From Naegleria gruberi (lineage: Eukaryota): a DNA stretch of 64,000 bases. Below are positions 53,279 to 64,000 of the stretch, one piece after another (within the stretch, counting starts at the first letter, position 1; each line of letters starts with the position of its first letter). Under the pieces are notes generated by a model that did no database searches, had not been told where the DNA came from, and saw only the letters and a program-made list of their open reading frames with translations. The stretch lies in the NCBI GenBank assembly GCA_000004985.1, contig GG738924.1; one strand, given 5' to 3'. The position numbers and the translations under genes were made by a program.

Positions 53279-55837
53279 TTATTCAGTTTTTCCAAATGTT
53301 TCAAAACTAAATGGTTGAAACAATGATCCTGTTCCTCCAAAGAATTTACCTTGGAATTCAATCCAGGTCAATCTAATGGCATGCAAGAAGGCAGACAATG
53401 ATTCCATAATTAGTAAAACTCCAATAGTCATGCCAAACCACAAGGCACACAAGAAGAAAACTCCAATACCATAATGAACTAGGATGTCTTCCAATAACGG
53501 ATACGATTCTAAACTATTTAAGAGAATACCCAATGTCATTTGCCAAAAAACTTCAGATAATTGAGCGTGAGCTAGGGAAAGAGCCCACAATCTAAGATAG
53601 GAAGCAGTGTTGGAGACAGTGTTGAGAACGTATTCGATTGTGTGGATGAGTTGTTTGATGAATAATTCAGAGAAGGGTTCAATTTCTGCGTGGTTGGTTA
53701 CTTTTGTTTCGTCTAGTTTGATTTCATGAGATTCTTCTTCACTATTCGAAAGCACTGGTTCACTTTCCAATACCTTTTTCAACTTTCTCTTTTGTTTGTA
53801 ATATTCAATCACTGGTTTTGGAATCAACAAGATTGGAACTGAAATGACAGCAATCAACAATAAAGTCAATTGAGCATAAGTTTGCTTTTTCTGAGCTTCC
53901 TCCACACTTCCACCAAAATAAAACAATGGAGGTTGAGACATCTTCCAAGGACTCAAAAAGAAATCAGTCATTGTTGGTAAAAGTTGTGGAATTTCAATAT
54001 TTACATGAGTTTCGTCTCCCCAATTTACACACCACTTGTAAACAATCATAATTGACATGTATCCGAAAGTACACCATAAAATTAACAATTCTGGAATGAA
54101 TTCAAGGAAAATATCAAGAAAATGACCAAATTGAATCATGTTAACAAGGGAGAAGAGTAATCCTGCTGTCATGTGTCCAACGCCAAAGATAATTGCCATT
54201 TTCATCTTTAAGGAGTTGTAAAATAAGAGTTTGTTTGAGGTGTGGAACCAACCAGGATCGATACCGAAAGGATAAGTTCTAGATTCGTCTTTGTGTCCAA
54301 TTCCATTTTGATCAAAATTGAAAGCAGTTGGGAAGAGGTCAACTGAGAGACCAAAACCATCATTGTATAAGAAACCAGTGTAAATGGAGAAGAGTCCCAT
54401 CAGGATGAGGATGTATCTGCCCTGGAAAATCATGGCAAGCAATTCATTATTCTCAGCAATTGGCTTTAGTCTTCTTTCGAATATAATCATGCAGAAACTA
54501 AAAATGGAAAGCAAGAGTCCATGACCAAAATCTCCAAACATGACAGAGAAGAGAAAAGGAAAGAAAATAACAGAAGCCACAGCTGGATTCATCTCCTTAT
54601 AATTTGGAATACCATACGAGTTGACAATTTGTTGGAAAACTTCAGTAAACTTGTTAGTTTCGAAAAAAGTTGGTGGAGTTTCGTCTGTGTGAATAATATC
54701 GACTAGGGTTGGAATTTCAACGTGCATTTCAAACATGGCTTGTTCCATTTCCCTTCTGACCGTTTCGACATGTCTCTCAGCAACCCAACCAAGAGCTACA
54801 ACTGAGTTTCGAATATCGTAATTGAACATGTTGAGAGTGTGATAGATTGCCTTCTCTCTGAATACATTGTTATTCCATTCACTCATGTTACTTGCAATTT
54901 CACTCAATAAGTCCAACAAACGACTTTTGGAATTCTCAATTGTCATTTCAAGTTCGCGAACTTGCTGATTAACTTTTTTGGAAGATTCTCCTGGAGTTTC
55001 ATCACTTGGAATATCATAGATGGTTGCACCCATTGCTTCACATATCTTTTTAATCTTCTCCTTTGCTGTTGAAGATCCAAAGAAAACTGTAAAAACAAGT
55101 TTGGATACAGTTTTACCTAATTTGGAATCGTAAATTGGAGAAGAAATTTCATAAAGTTTTGGAATGGCATTTCCACGAGTGCTACGATAGATAAGCATGT
55201 TAAAAGCAGACACTTTCTCACTTGGAATAACTCCTGTCAGACAACCAAGAGATGACATTTGACTTTCTCTGTTCAACATTGAGCTAGAGGCACCTGATTG
55301 AGATTCTTCACTTGCCTCACCATCCAAATTACCTGCCAATTCAATTACTTGCAGGAATTCCTCGGCCTTACTCTTTTGAGAAACTAATTGTTCAATGCCA
55401 TCTGACAGATTTCTCAATTCTGCTTCCAATTTGACAAATTCTCTTTCATATCTATCCAACAAATTAACTGAACCTTCTTGCAACTCATTTACATCACCAT
55501 TCATCTTGTCACTTTCCTCAACAAATTTGACATTTGACTTTTCCATCTCTTGCTCAAAGAATCTAATAATTCTCTCCAAGTCCTCACATCTCTTCACTTC
55601 ATTAGCATAATGTCTCTGAAACCCATTTAAATGAGATGACAAATCTTTAAACTCAACCAATCCTAATTGACCTAACCGTTCCACACTTCTGTGAGCAACT
55701 TCTCTCTGCATGGTCATTTCCAATAGAACCATCGTTTCACTTCTCCACGATGAAGCGCTGCCGTCCTTCTTGGAATTTCTATTCGAAACTAATCGAGAAA
55801 GAAAGTTTTGGCCAACACCATTTTCAGCACTGGACAT
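53279..55837 (-). CDS. vatM: V-type H+-ATPase subunit a (100/116-kDa V0 subunit)
   Basis: 852-aa single ORF. N-terminal LLEMTMQREVAHRSVERLGQLGLVEFKDL...FQRHYANEVKRCEDLER matches the Vph1/ATP6V0A signature; there are multiple C-terminal TM helices. Confidence 0.85.
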   Translation of the reverse strand: MSSAENGVGQNFLSRLVSNRNSKKDGSASSWRSETMVLLEMTMQREVAHRSVERLGQLGLVEFKDLSSHLNGFQRHYANEVKRCEDLERIIRFFEQEMEKSNVKFVEESDKMNGDVNELQEGSVNLLDRYEREFVKLEAELRNLSDGIEQLVSQKSKAEEFLQVIELAGNLDGEASEESQSGASSSMLNRESQMSSLGCLTGVIPSEKVSAFNMLIYRSTRGNAIPKLYEISSPIYDSKLGKTVSKLVFTVFFGSSTAKEKIKKICEAMGATIYDIPSDETPGESSKKVNQQVRELEMTIENSKSRLLDLLSEIASNMSEWNNNVFREKAIYHTLNMFNYDIRNSVVALGWVAERHVETVRREMEQAMFEMHVEIPTLVDIIHTDETPPTFFETNKFTEVFQQIVNSYGIPNYKEMNPAVASVIFFPFLFSVMFGDFGHGLLLSIFSFCMIIFERRLKPIAENNELLAMIFQGRYILILMGLFSIYTGFLYNDGFGLSVDLFPTAFNFDQNGIGHKDESRTYPFGIDPGWFHTSNKLLFYNSLKMKMAIIFGVGHMTAGLLFSLVNMIQFGHFLDIFLEFIPELLILWCTFGYMSIMIVYKWCVNWGDETHVNIEIPQLLPTMTDFFLSPWKMSQPPLFYFGGSVEEAQKKQTYAQLTLLLIAVISVPILLIPKPVIEYYKQKRKLKKVLESEPVLSNSEEESHEIKLDETKVTNHAEIEPFSELFIKQLIHTIEYVLNTVSNTASYLRLWALSLAHAQLSEVFWQMTLGILLNSLESYPLLEDILVHYGIGVFFLCALWFGMTIGVLLIMESLSAFLHAIRLTWIEFQGKFFGGTGSLFQPFSFETFGKTE

Positions 55838-56333
55838 TTTGTTTTGTTTTTTTCAATTTGGTTTTTGGTAATTGGTGCAAGTGCAGTGGATGTTTTAAAT
55901 TGGATGAAAAATTTAGTGGCGGGAAAATGGTTAGCTCAATGGATTGAGAATCGGGTTTATGAAATTTATTCGATAAAATACCGGTCGTAGGGAAGAGTTG
56001 TTTTTTGGGAGTTTCATTGATACCGATTCCATCAATTTACAATGGATGATTATATAAATATCTATTTTATCAAATTAAGATTTAGAATTTTTAATTTATT
56101 TAATTTTTCAAACTGTCTGACCCTTAATCATTAATAATAATATACTCCGAATTATACATGAACATGTTGATGATTAATTCCCATTCTCAATCATGGAGTG
56201 TAATGCAATTAGAATATATTTCTCAATGCTTAGGACCAATCCTGATTTCCAAATATTAACCAGAAAAACTAATTCTTAAACTTGCTAAGGATTATTGAGG
56301 AGTAATATATATTGTGTTACAAATTATTTAAAT

Positions 56334-59300
56334 TTATTCATTCTTGACGATTAAATTCTTGAAATTTCCACTCAATTGTAGAGAACGAATAGCAGAAACT
56401 ACACTCGATTGCATTGGAAGAGAACAGAGGGGAGAATCAGATTTCAAAACCCTCTCTCTTGAGAAGGATTGCAATATCTGAGAAATGTACTGATCAAGAG
56501 AATTATTGGCTAGTCCAATACTCGCAAATAAATTAAACTTTTCCTTTGACATTTCTAATTTGAGAGTTTTCTGAGATTTTGAAAGTGATCGAGAAAGTGA
56601 TTTTCTTCTCTTACTTGGTGATTGATGAGTTTCGCTTGGAAGGGCTACTGTGATGAATTTCATAGAGTTGGTGAGTGAGATGGCTGGTTCTTGAATGGAT
56701 GACTGAATGTAATCCCACAATGGCTTGATGTTTGGTTGAGAGTCAATCTTTGCCAAGTCCAAGGAAATTAGAGAATATAAATATGGGAATAATTTCTGCA
56801 GAATAATTCTATAAATTTCCATTGTCTCCTTTTCAGATAATTGACCATTCCTACTTGTTGAAAGTAAATCCAAGATTTGACAAACTGTAGAATGGAATTG
56901 GAATAATCTCTTCTCAAATAGAACTGGCTTGAAGTTATTCTCAAAAAAGACTTTGGATAACTCCTCACACAAGAATGCAAAATCACTCGCAAATGCATCG
57001 TTACTCATTGGTGATTTCTCATTGTATGACTGTTTAGCTGTAGCAGAGAAGGAATCGATATGGTGAAGCATTGTGAGAGTTTGTTTGGAATTTCTATTGG
57101 AAATGAATGGACTATGGAAGAAGTCAGTCGAATTTCTATAGATTTGCTCTGGAAGCATCAATTGCATGAGGATTTTCGGCAGCACATTACCTTGATCCAA
57201 AAGGAATTCAATCAATAATTTCATTTGTGCTGTCTCTGTATCAGTTTCATTCAAATTTTTGCTTTTCAGCGAAGGAGAAAATTGATTAAAAGCTTCAAGA
57301 ATTTCCTCGAATTCAGGATTACTGCTCTCGCTCATCAAATCATAGAGAGATCTTCTCATGACCCAGTACTTGTTCTTTGTATTACAAGATATGAGTTGGT
57401 ACAAATTTTCTAACAGAGCTGGATACAATTTTTGAGAACCAGCAATGATATTCGTTGTCTTTTCATCCAAAAAGGTCATATTCTGCTTGTTTGACAAGCT
57501 CCACTTTCCTACAATAATATCCATAAAGCACTTGTAAGTCTCCCGTATCAGAGGATGACTCTTTGTGAGTAGATGAATTCGTTTGTTAATCTTAAAGTTT
57601 CTCACCTGGTTAGAGAGTTTGTAAATCCGTCCTCTACATAGTGCTTGCAGTTGAGTGAGTTGTTCCTCATTGATATTATGTGGAATTATTGGTATAGATG
57701 GCTGAGGAGGTGTAGCAGTGATCTTTGAATCTGAAGTGATGGAACAAGTACTGCTACCGACACTTGTTGTGGAATTTGTGAGGGAAATGTTATTTACATT
57801 ATCTGATTCTTGATTCGTGATGTTATTATTTACATTGGATTCATTTTCTTCTAAATTGATCGAGGAATTATTGCAACTAGAAGTATTAACAATATTACCA
57901 ATTGTGGAAGAAGTGTGAGGTTGTTGAGAGACTTTTTCAGAGTGGAATTGTCTTCTCGTTTGAGATCCAAGAAGTATGGCCTGTACGGTTTCAATACTGT
58001 TCATGGTGCGTTCTCTTCTCATTCTATTGACCTTACCAAAGGCAGCTGTGCAAATGTAGCTCATAAATACGAGGCCCTTGGTTGACTTTTTTCTTTCCAC
58101 ATAACCTCTGAATAGAGATTGAATGACAAGAGATGATTCCTCTTGGAATTTAGCTCTATGACTCGATGAATACATGGTGAGGAAGGCAATTCTTTGTCTC
58201 TCGAGTGTAATTTCTGATACTTTCTTTGGAGTATCAAAGGTTATGCTACTACTATTGTCAATTCCAAGATTTTCCATTAATTTAATACTCTCAGCTCTCA
58301 TTCTCAAGTGTTTCTCTGAGGAATTTCTCGAATTCCAAATCAACAATTGATCAGTATTCCATTCATCATCATTTGAAGGAGTAATTGCAGAACGAGTCAA
58401 TTGACTAATCGGTATTTGAGCTAGAGTAGTTGAAACATCAGAAATGGATCTATTTCTACCTTCTCTAGATCCATAGAATTTTACAATTCCAACATTTGAT
58501 TTTCCACTTTGACTGCTTCTTCTTGGCATTTTCATCTTTTTCCCAAAAATTATTGTCAAATCTTCATCATTTGAAACTGTTGGAATTTCTTCAGGTCTAG
58601 TTTCCTCACCTCCAATCTTATTCACTTGTTTCTTGATATTCGTATTCACTTTGACGAAAATGGACGAAAATTCATCATCGGACAAATCTTGATCTAAAAA
58701 TTCATCATTAAAAGATGATTTCAAACCACCATTAGGAAGAAATGATGATAATTTCAAATCATCACCATTCTCTAACTCATCATCCTCATCTTCATCATAT
58801 AAAGATAGTGAATGATGATTATTTCCACCATTTCCTCCATTATTACAACTGTATAATCTTTCATTATATTCGAAATCATCCTCTAGTTCATCATCTTGAT
58901 CATTGAAATATTTAGGAATGAGAGAGGGATCCAATTCATCATCGTACATGTTGGAATAAACGGAAATATCACTCATATTTCTCAAATGTTTGTTAAAGTT
59001 TCGTTTTGGTGTTGTTTGTTGTTGTTCGAAAGTTAAATTTGTTGTTATTGCTGATGATGAAGCATTATAGTTGCTACTATTGTTATTAGAATGTCCTTTG
59101 AGTTTCGAATTAAAGCAAGGAGATTGATGTTGTGGTGAATCTAGCAGGAAAGGTTTCGAATAATTATTATTATCCACAGCTTTTGGAGGCATTACACTAG
59201 TACTTGATAATGGTAATGACTTGGTTTTGATGGATAATCCTAAATTATCTTCATCATCCATAAATTCGTCCAGAGTTTCGTCTATAATTTCTTCCTCATC

Positions 59301-59717
59301 ATCAGCATCAAGGAAATTTTGTTTCAATCTATTATTCGTATTGATTTTAATCATCGTGTCATCGTCATCGTCTTCATGAAAACTCTTGACACTTGTACTT
59401 TCTCCACAACTGCTTGTACTATTCGAATCTAAAACTGTTGAAGTGGATAACGAAAAATTATTATCCAAAGTTGTTGTTGTTGCTGATGAATTTGCTTGTT
59501 CTTCTTGAGAGAATCTAACTTTTAATTTGTTTGATGGAATGACTAGATGAAAGGAATCATCAGTTTCGTCTGGAGTTTCCAATAGTTTCGTATTTTCTAT
59601 CGGAAAGAATGATGATGGTTGTACCATGTTACTACTAGAGGTTGATGGAAATTGTTTAATTGTTGTTGTTTCTTCCTCTTGAAATCTCTCATATGTTTTT
59701 CTGCAGTCATCTGTCAT
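56334..59717 (-). CDS. large low-complexity protein with IQ motifs (1127 aa)
   Basis: The N-terminal two-thirds is rich in S/N/D/E. Motifs LVIQSLFRGYVERKK and LQALCRGRIYKL are IQ-like; the C-terminal 450 aa are helical and unassigned. Confidence 0.45.
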   Translation of the reverse strand: MTDDCRKTYERFQEEETTTIKQFPSTSSSNMVQPSSFFPIENTKLLETPDETDDSFHLVIPSNKLKVRFSQEEQANSSATTTTLDNNFSLSTSTVLDSNSTSSCGESTSVKSFHEDDDDDTMIKINTNNRLKQNFLDADDEEEIIDETLDEFMDDEDNLGLSIKTKSLPLSSTSVMPPKAVDNNNYSKPFLLDSPQHQSPCFNSKLKGHSNNNSSNYNASSSAITTNLTFEQQQTTPKRNFNKHLRNMSDISVYSNMYDDELDPSLIPKYFNDQDDELEDDFEYNERLYSCNNGGNGGNNHHSLSLYDEDEDDELENGDDLKLSSFLPNGGLKSSFNDEFLDQDLSDDEFSSIFVKVNTNIKKQVNKIGGEETRPEEIPTVSNDEDLTIIFGKKMKMPRRSSQSGKSNVGIVKFYGSREGRNRSISDVSTTLAQIPISQLTRSAITPSNDDEWNTDQLLIWNSRNSSEKHLRMRAESIKLMENLGIDNSSSITFDTPKKVSEITLERQRIAFLTMYSSSHRAKFQEESSLVIQSLFRGYVERKKSTKGLVFMSYICTAAFGKVNRMRRERTMNSIETVQAILLGSQTRRQFHSEKVSQQPHTSSTIGNIVNTSSCNNSSINLEENESNVNNNITNQESDNVNNISLTNSTTSVGSSTCSITSDSKITATPPQPSIPIIPHNINEEQLTQLQALCRGRIYKLSNQVRNFKINKRIHLLTKSHPLIRETYKCFMDIIVGKWSLSNKQNMTFLDEKTTNIIAGSQKLYPALLENLYQLISCNTKNKYWVMRRSLYDLMSESSNPEFEEILEAFNQFSPSLKSKNLNETDTETAQMKLLIEFLLDQGNVLPKILMQLMLPEQIYRNSTDFFHSPFISNRNSKQTLTMLHHIDSFSATAKQSYNEKSPMSNDAFASDFAFLCEELSKVFFENNFKPVLFEKRLFQFHSTVCQILDLLSTSRNGQLSEKETMEIYRIILQKLFPYLYSLISLDLAKIDSQPNIKPLWDYIQSSIQEPAISLTNSMKFITVALPSETHQSPSKRRKSLSRSLSKSQKTLKLEMSKEKFNLFASIGLANNSLDQYISQILQSFSRERVLKSDSPLCSLPMQSSVVSAIRSLQLSGNFKNLIVKNE

Positions 59718-60108
59718 TTTGGACTCTTCGATGTTTGGTGGCTGACAAATTCAAGAGGAGCGATGGCTGTTTTTTTAAAAAAGATGCCTTGGTTTATTAT
59801 CGAACGTTTCTCTCTTTGTAATACTTGATGTTGAGACTCTTTTCGAATGGAGAGTTTCGTATTTACGTTGGTTGATGATTTTTGCCTGTTCGTATGTGGA
59901 GAGTTTCGAATATTCATTTTAGCAAGTTTTCAATGTTCTAAAATCCGACTCATACTTGTTTCTTTGAAATTATTTACGGTTATTGAGAGCTAGTTGGATT
60001 GTGTTTCAATTTCGACAACTGACATTATCTCTTCTATTACTATCTTGCATGATAAATCATTTCAAATAAATTATTTGAAATATAATGATTATTCAATTAT
60101 TGACCTTT

Positions 60109-61661
60109 CTAATAAAATTGTCTAGTCTTGTTGTTCAATTCTAACCATTCCTTATACCAAGAACGATCAGGAAACACTTTCTTATTATCCTCAATAGCTT
60201 GTCTATGTTTATGACAATCAGAAATTTCATGATCTGAAGCTGGCACAGTTCCATTCTTAGTTAAAACATTCAAAGTTTTGGTGAATCCTTTAAATAGTAA
60301 TTTTGCTCTCTTTTTCCAAAATATTTCAGATAATAAATTAGTTTGGAATGGTAAATCAAAATTAGTATAGGTCACGTGAACTAATCTTGTAAATCTATCA
60401 GAAAGTCTGTAGAATAGATAGTAGCTCAGTGAATCTGCCTTGACGTGTCCTTGAGATGGCATTTCTTCTTCTGAGAAATCAGCAGTGTGTAATAGATGAA
60501 ATAAGAGATCAGTTTCTTGGATGGTGGTTGCTACAGATGACAGTTGTCGTTTTTTGACAAGTGGTAGAGATAGGTCAATACCGATTGAAAGACATTGAGT
60601 AGCATAGGAAGAATTAATTCCTTCTGAACCCAAGCCATTCAATCCACTAGGAGGTCTATAATCATGCAATTCGAAACCTTTCGTCTGAGGATCAAACGAA
60701 TTATGATTGTCAGCATCAAATAACATTGTTGACACATCTTCCAATGAAAATGGCAGATACATTACAGCTTTCAACAACTTCATTCCCTTCGATTCTCCAA
60801 AAAAGTAAGTACTGTTCGAAGAGTAACAATATAAATCTTCCCTTTCGTATATTAATTTCCAATCTGGCGTGTCTTGGGCAAGTGTGAAACCAAAGTAAAT
60901 GTGATTGTCGGTAATTAGTTGTTCTTTCAAGTCTTTTGGTTTAAATCTCAAATCGACATTGTATCCTTTGGAAATATCGTATCCAATTGATCTGGTGAAG
61001 GTTTCACCTTTGAGTTTCAGAAAGTTTCGTAATTTTTCTGAACGAACAAATCTTGGAAATTGGTCCATCTTTAAATCTAGTGAACAGATGACATAACTTT
61101 TGAGAATAAAGCATCAGGATGTAATTTTTTCATTATTGCACTTTCTAATTGCTCCAACGAAAGTTGACTATCAGAAGCAACACAAAATGAAAGTCTAGAA
61201 CTACTCTGACTACCACCTGTCAAAGTAATAAACGTATCAAGCAAATCCTCTTTAGCCAGTTTCCAATAATTCAACAGCCAACTCTGACTAGTTCCAATAT
61301 TCAACTCTTTTTCACTATGATATTCAATAAATGTTTGAATAATCTTCTCCACTCGTAAAATAACCTCATTTCTGAACAAATTCTTGTTTTGTTTGGAAGA
61401 ATTTGATGAATTCTTGAGTGAAACCTTTTCTTCATCTGCCCAGCCACCAAAAACCTCCTTCAGCACCTGTTCATACCCACTGAAATACTCAGCATAGGTA
61501 TCGAGGAAAAGTAGAGGTTCTTCATTTCTACAATCTTGAAGAAAGTCTTGAAAGATCTTTCTTGCTTCCTTGTTATCGAGAACTGCTTCATAGTCGATAA
61601 AGTAATTGGAGGGATCGAAGTGGGCTTGTGATGACATTTTTTTGTAGGTGCCATAAAACAA
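60109..61661 (-). pseudogene. RGS-domain gene, paralog of 61772-63337, interrupted by a 1-bp deletion (annotated as ORFs 61077-61661 and 60109-61068)
   Basis: Collinear with the paralog throughout. At 61068-61079 it reads CAC TAG ATT TAA AG where the paralog reads CAT TTA GAT TTA AAG, giving a stop and frame change; the downstream 319 codons remain open in the new frame. Confidence 0.55.
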
Positions 61662-61771
61662 TTAGGTAAGGCCAAACGTGATGGGAAATTTGACACTCTG
61701 CCATAAATACATTTTTGGATGGGGATTAATATGGAACAATTACATAAGTAGCCAAGTTAAGAACTAGAATG

Positions 61772-63337
61772 TTAATGCTTTAATTCTGTCCATTCGCTGT
61801 ACCACGAACGATTAGGGAAAGCCTTCTTGTTGTCCAACATGGCTTGAATGTGTTTGTGGTTGTCCTGGACTTGAATTCTTTCATGATTAGTGGCATGTAG
61901 TGTTCTGTTTTTGGTAGTAGTATTGAGCGTCTTGTTGAATCCTTTAAACAGTGCTTTGGATCTCTTTTTCCAAAATATTTTGTATAACAGATCGGTTTGA
62001 AATGGTAAATCAAAGCTACTGTAAGTTACATGTACCACTCTGGTAAGATTGTCAGCAATTCTATTGAATAAATAGTAGCTCAGTGAAGCTGCTTTCTTGA
62101 CACGAGGTGATATTGGCATTTCCTCTTCTGGAAAATCAGCAGTATGTAAAACATGTAGTAAGAGATCAGATTCTTGAATGGTGGTTGCAACAGCACATAA
62201 CTGTCGTTTTTTGATAAGTGGCAGAGAAAGATCAACACTAATAGAAAGGCATTGTGTGGCGTATGTTGATTTACTACCCTCGCTGTAATTGTTCAATCCA
62301 CTTGGTGGTCTATAGCTTTGGAGTTTGAATCCATCTTTAGTTTGAGGATCGAATGAGGTATGGTTATCTGTATTGGAAATCATTATAATAAAGTCTTCAA
62401 GTGAAAAAGGGAGATACATAATGGCTTTCAATAGCTTCATTCCCTTCGATTCTCCAAAAAAGTAGGTTGTGTTAGATGAGTAACAACATAGATCCTTTCT
62501 CCCATAAATCAACTTCCAATCGGGCGTATCCTCTGCCAATGTGAAACCAAAATAAATGTGCTTGTCTGTAATGATCTGATCTTTTAAATCTTTTGGTTTA
62601 AATCTCATATCAGCATAATATGCTGCGGAGATGTCGTATCCAATTGATCTGGTAAAGGTTTCGCCTTTGAGTTTAAGGAAATTCAGTAGCTTTTCTGAAC
62701 GGACGAACCTTGGGAATTGGTCCATCTTTAAATCTAAATGTACAGATGACAGTACTTTTGAAAACAAAGCTTCAGGATGTAATCTTCTCATAATTTCACT
62801 TTCTATCTGTTCAGTAACCAGATTATAGTAATCAGAGGAGGTACATGACAGTCTTGTTTTACCTGGTACAGTTGAATCCAGAAACACATCAATGAGGTCT
62901 TCCTTTACATCTTTCCAATAGTTTAATACTATTGTTTGACTCGTTCCAATATTCAACTCTCGTTCACTATAATGTTCTAAGAATGTATTAATAATACTTT
63001 CTGCTCTTCCAATTACTTCAACTCTGAATAAATGATTGTGTTGCTTGGAGGAATTAGATGATTGCTTCAATGAAATTATTTGATAATCTGACCAACCTCC
63101 AAAAACTTCCTTTAAAACATGTTCATAATTGTGGCAGTATTCATTATAATGGTCAAGGAAAACTAGTGGTTCTTCATCTCTATTTTCAATTAAGAATTCA
63201 TGGAATATTCTTCTTGCTTCCTTGTTATCGAGGACGGCATCATAATCAATACAGTAATTTGTAGGATCAAAGTGTTGTGACATTTTTTGTTTGGTGAGAT
63301 AAGACATAACAGTTTGACCAAAGAATAAGAATGACAC
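61772..63337 (-). CDS. RGS domain protein (N-terminal RGS, about 330-aa C-terminal domain of unknown function), 521 aa
   Basis: KEARRIFHEFLIENRDEEPLVFLDHYNEYC...LKEVFGGW fits an RGS box. It shares 60-70% identity with the neighbouring frameshifted copy. Confidence 0.6.
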   Translation of the reverse strand: MSFLFFGQTVMSYLTKQKMSQHFDPTNYCIDYDAVLDNKEARRIFHEFLIENRDEEPLVFLDHYNEYCHNYEHVLKEVFGGWSDYQIISLKQSSNSSKQHNHLFRVEVIGRAESIINTFLEHYSERELNIGTSQTIVLNYWKDVKEDLIDVFLDSTVPGKTRLSCTSSDYYNLVTEQIESEIMRRLHPEALFSKVLSSVHLDLKMDQFPRFVRSEKLLNFLKLKGETFTRSIGYDISAAYYADMRFKPKDLKDQIITDKHIYFGFTLAEDTPDWKLIYGRKDLCCYSSNTTYFFGESKGMKLLKAIMYLPFSLEDFIIMISNTDNHTSFDPQTKDGFKLQSYRPPSGLNNYSEGSKSTYATQCLSISVDLSLPLIKKRQLCAVATTIQESDLLLHVLHTADFPEEEMPISPRVKKAASLSYYLFNRIADNLTRVVHVTYSSFDLPFQTDLLYKIFWKKRSKALFKGFNKTLNTTTKNRTLHATNHERIQVQDNHKHIQAMLDNKKAFPNRSWYSEWTELKH

Positions 63338-63501
63338 ATGGTGGTGATGTAGGATTGAACGTGATTAATTTGATTTTTAGACCATAATTACAACTCAAAT
63401 CAAATTAGCATTTTAGGATCATACCAATAAAAGGAAATCAGCATGTACAAAAACAGGTTCAAAAGCTCATACATGAGCAAATTCCACAGTTGGAGTTTGA
63501 A

Positions 63502-63915
63502 TTATTCTTGCTTTTTTCTTCGAGGGTAATGCATTCGAAGGGAGAGTGCTCTTTCGTATAATTCGCTCGAAGTTTCCACAAAGCCATGACATTCATAATT
63601 GGCTGCTGCCTTGTAGAGATAGAGCATTTTGTGATATTCTGGATCTTGGAGATAACTCATGTCAGGTTGAGGATTGTCCACTCGTTTGAGCACAATGTCT
63701 GTTCTTATAATATACTTGTGTCCACTTGGGATTGGTCTTCCTTGATGCAATAGAGCATGATCGAATATTAATACTCTGCCTCTTTTAGGTTTCAAAGAAA
63801 ATTCATTAGAGAAACCTCTTTCTAGCTCCTCTCGTACCAATTCTCCCATAGAAGCAGGTTGGTGAGCTCTGAGAAAGTCTGTAGTGCCATCATCAAAATT
63901 GTCATTTAGATAAAG
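63502..63915 (-). CDS. 2OG-Fe(II) oxygenase (prolyl-4-hydroxylase-like), last exon; upstream intron 63916-63997 (GTAAGT..CATAG), remainder off-window
   Basis: ...DNFDDGTTDFLRAHQPASMGELVREELERG...RVLIFDHALLHQGRPIPSGHKYIIRTDIVLKR carries the distal His and the RxS/T of the 2OG-binding motif. Confidence 0.55.
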   Translation of the reverse strand, partial: LYLNDNFDDGTTDFLRAHQPASMGELVREELERGFSNEFSLKPKRGRVLIFDHALLHQGRPIPSGHKYIIRTDIVLKRVDNPQPDMSYLQDPEYHKMLYLYKAAANYECHGFVETSSELYERALSLRMHYPRRKKQE

Positions 63916-64000
63916 CTATGAGTATAAATCATCAGTAATTGGTAGTTATTAAATAATAATTATTATTATTACCAATAAAATATTAAAAAACACTTACAAT

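Overview
Eukaryotic nuclear DNA, about 65-68% AT, with short GTAAGT/GTATGT...AG introns of 41-85 nt, polyadenylated-type histone H3, DIRS-type tyrosine-recombinase retrotransposons and three tRNA genes. This fits a dictyostelid-like amoebozoan with moderate AT content rather than D. discoideum itself, but that is an inference. There are two large N gaps (2522-7413 and 11783-17296) and several small ones; every long ORF in the six-frame track that crosses an N run is an artefact.

Layout:
(a) 1-20 kb, cellular genes: a DUF4116-repeat protein, a tandem pair of divergent G-alpha-like genes, an EEP-fold protein, a formin N-terminus, tRNA-Val(AAC), an intron-containing tRNA, an F-box/SPRY protein.
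(b) 21-41 kb, a dense transposon graveyard: a 3'-truncated non-LTR element (ORF1 + APE endonuclease + start of RT) with a tandemly repeated 700-bp 3' piece; at least four DIRS-like copies of two or three subfamilies, one with frameshifted RT, two joined tail-to-tail; a ~1.4-kb TIR element inserted into a DIRS ORF1; and a frameshifted F-box/LRR gene with a fragmented partial duplicate.
(c) 41-64 kb, mostly housekeeping genes: a trypsin-like domain protein, an EGF-repeat pseudogene, tRNA-Ile(AAU), a secreted Lys/Cys-rich repeat protein, a three-exon HEAT-like (possibly TELO2) gene, FPGS, a Yip1-family protein, histone H3, V-ATPase subunit a, an IQ-motif protein, a tandem pair of RGS-domain genes (one frameshifted), and the last exon of a 2OG-Fe(II) oxygenase.

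No prokaryotic-style operon, CRISPR array or defence island is present.
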